A stretch of 64,000 nt of DNA from an uncultured Candidatus Binatia bacterium (lineage in GTDB: Bacteria; Desulfobacterota; Binatia; Bin18): NCBI GenBank assembly GCA_965232605.1, contig CBDDQA010000003.1:164556-228555 (forward strand), in the 5' to 3' direction. A model generated the notes under the pieces. The model was given only the letters and a program-made list of their open reading frames with translations. It was not told the origin of the DNA and ran no database searches. Shown one piece after another: positions 61,953 through 64,000 of the stretch. Positions within the stretch are counted from its first letter, which is position 1. Each line of letters starts with the position of its first letter. The translations under genes were made by a program, and so were the position numbers.

Positions 61953-64000
61953 TCAGGTAGCCGTTTCTTGCTGCGGCGCGGTGCTCATGCCAGCAGTTCT
62001 TCCTTCGCCATACACAAAACGCGGTTGAAACCGATTCAAGATCGCCGGCAGGATCGTCATCGACACAATCAAGCAGGCCCCCATACTGAGTGAAAGCATG
62101 ACACCCAGGTAAAAGAGGGACTCGAAGTTCGAGGTGAGAAAAATCAAGAAGCCGCCGATAACCACGACCGCATTAAAAAAGATGGCCTTGCCGGAGGTGG
62201 CCATCGTGGCCGCTGTAATCTGCGTGGGGTCTGTGAGCCCCTCTCGGACTTTGACCCGATACTTACTCAGAAAGTGAATCGTATAATCGATGCCAATCCC
62301 GATGGTCATCGAGGCAGTGAGCGATTTCCCAATCTCCAGCGGGATATTCAGCAGCCCCAGCAGCCCAAAGCTAAAAATCATCACCAGGCTAATCGGCAGG
62401 ACATTAATCAGCCCCGCAACGAACGAGCGAAACATGATCGTGGTGAGCAGAAAGACCGCGCCGAGCGAGGTCGCCAAGCTCGCCAGTTGCCCGGACACAA
62501 TCAGTTCGCTCAGGCGGTTCAGGAGGTAGCCATTGCCCGCAATCCCGATCCGAAAGCCGCTGTTTGTCTCCCACCCCGCCACCGTGGGATCAATGCCGGC
62601 CAACCAGCGGCCCAAGCGGAGTCCCAGCGGATCATGCGCGTCCGTGTCGGTGGTTCCAATCTGGCCGAATTCCTGGACCGCAAAGTCCCTGACAATCTGC
62701 ACGACACGTTCGACGTCTCGGGTCCTATCGGACCGCATATAGACCGCTACGTTGGCATGTTGGTAGTCATAGTCCACGACATCGTCGAAATCATCCGGAT
62801 CACCCGAAAACGAATACAGCAGCAGATACTGGGCAACCAGGTCACGAGAGGTCGGGATGACTTCCATCTCGGGACGATCTTCATTCATGACTCGGTTCAT
62901 CCGTTTGATGTATTCCGCTAATGACAAGGAGCCACCCACATCAGGATCCTGCTCCACCCGCGTTTGCAGGCGGTCCAGTTGATCGAGCAGGACCGGATCT
63001 TTGAGCCGATCAGCCTCATACCCTTCGATCGCCACATAGATAGGCACGGTGCCTTGAAATGTATCGCGCAGGACCCTATCGCTCACGCGCAGCTCGTGGG
63101 ATGGGTGAAACATCCCGACCATGGTCGAGTTCACGACAATCCGCTGCGTGCCGAGCACGCACAGCGCAACAACGAGCGCGGCCGGCACCCACACGACCAG
63201 TGGATGCCGTGCCACACCGCGACCGAGGCGCGCCAAGAAGCTGGCTGCCCAGCCGGCGGCTGCCAGGTCTCCACTCCGGCGCATTTGATTGCGCAGGCCC
63301 CGGCTGACGGTCGGCGACAACACACTCAACATGGCCGGGAAAAAGGTCAGCGAGAAGAGCATCGCGGCCAAGATTCCCACTCCACTAAACACCCCAAAAT
63401 AGCGGATAGGGACAACGGTCGCAGTCAGAAAGGATAAGAATCCCGCTGCGGTGGTCAGCGAGGTCAAAATGACGGGCTGCCACATCTCTCGCATAGTCAC
63501 GATCACGGCGTCAGCTGAGGAAATATCCGGATGCTCCAACAGCTCTTCGTAATAGCGACTCAGAATATGAATGCCATCCGCCACGCCGATGGCCATGAGC
63601 ACGACCGGCATTATGGAGGTGACAAAGTACATAGGAATACCAAGCGCGGCCATAATCCCGAGGGTCCAGATCACCGACACGACAACGACTGCCAGCGGCA
63701 GGAGGACGCCGCGCAGGCTTCGATACGTACAATATAAGGTTCCCAGAAGCACGACCAAGGTCAGGGGTAAGAAGGTTTCCATGTCGCGCGCTTCCTCTTC
63801 CGACAAGGTGACTTCGATCGCTCCACGCCCGGCAATATGAAATTCTTCCGGCACGCCCGTCGCCTTTTTAGCCTCGACCATGTCACGGATCGTGGTATAC
63901 ACAGTCATCCGTTGCGCCGTGCCTGCCTGTGTGTCTTCAGTTGGCTCCATCTTGGCCATGATGAGTAATCCCGTCCCGTCTTGCGATACGACCCAATTGA
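61953..64000 (-). CDS. MMPL/RND family exporter, start lies beyond the window
   Basis: AIGVADGIH, TSLTTAAGFLS, GIGIDYTIH and GKAIFFN motifs; two TM bundles. Confidence 0.92.
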   Translation of the reverse strand, partial: NWVVSQDGTGLLIMAKMEPTEDTQAGTAQRMTVYTTIRDMVEAKKATGVPEEFHIAGRGAIEVTLSEEEARDMETFLPLTLVVLLGTLYCTYRSLRGVLLPLAVVVVSVIWTLGIMAALGIPMYFVTSIMPVVLMAIGVADGIHILSRYYEELLEHPDISSADAVIVTMREMWQPVILTSLTTAAGFLSFLTATVVPIRYFGVFSGVGILAAMLFSLTFFPAMLSVLSPTVSRGLRNQMRRSGDLAAAGWAASFLARLGRGVARHPLVVWVPAALVVALCVLGTQRIVVNSTMVGMFHPSHELRVSDRVLRDTFQGTVPIYVAIEGYEADRLKDPVLLDQLDRLQTRVEQDPDVGGSLSLAEYIKRMNRVMNEDRPEMEVIPTSRDLVAQYLLLYSFSGDPDDFDDVVDYDYQHANVAVYMRSDRTRDVERVVQIVRDFAVQEFGQIGTTDTDAHDPLGLRLGRWLAGIDPTVAGWETNSGFRIGIAGNGYLLNRLSELIVSGQLASLATSLGAVFLLTTIMFRSFVAGLINVLPISLVMIFSFGLLGLLNIPLEIGKSLTASMTIGIGIDYTIHFLSKYRVKVREGLTDPTQITAATMATSGKAIFFNAVVVIGGFLIFLTSNFESLFYLGVMLSLSMGACLIVSMTILPAILNRFQPRFVYGEGRTAGMSTAPQQETAT

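Overview
GC-rich bacterial chromosomal window with about 60 CDS, mostly on the minus strand. No rRNA, tRNA or CRISPR array was recognised. The core content is catabolic and paralog-rich: three ATP-dependent hydantoinase/oxoprolinase A and three B subunits (four in an A-B-B-A operon next to ridA and a fused selD), a carbamoylase and hydantoin racemase, two N-acyl-D-amino-acid deacylases, two CaiB/BaiF CoA-transferases, two LLM monooxygenase + alpha/beta-hydrolase pairs, three SDRs, acyl-CoA dehydrogenase, a desaturase, DAHP synthase, mutM, and MFS, Nramp-like and MMPL transporters. This profile resembles Binatota-like or sponge-associated genomes, which is inference only. An accessory layer is scattered through the window: eight toxin-antitoxin modules or orphans, 3'-tail remnants of type I R-M genes, an IS4-family element with a nonsense codon inserted into a hairpin repeat, and several interleaved REP-like palindrome families. 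The strongest structural signals are (i) a perfect 99-bp duplication plus a 25-bp third copy of the DUF420 gene end, which separate tandem TA/low-GC micro-cassettes with no integrase in view; (ii) ~95-bp composite inverted repeats enclosing hydantoinase A + ridA; and (iii) a ~24-bp hairpin module nested inside unrelated repeat families. All family assignments come from motif recognition by eye, not from database searches.
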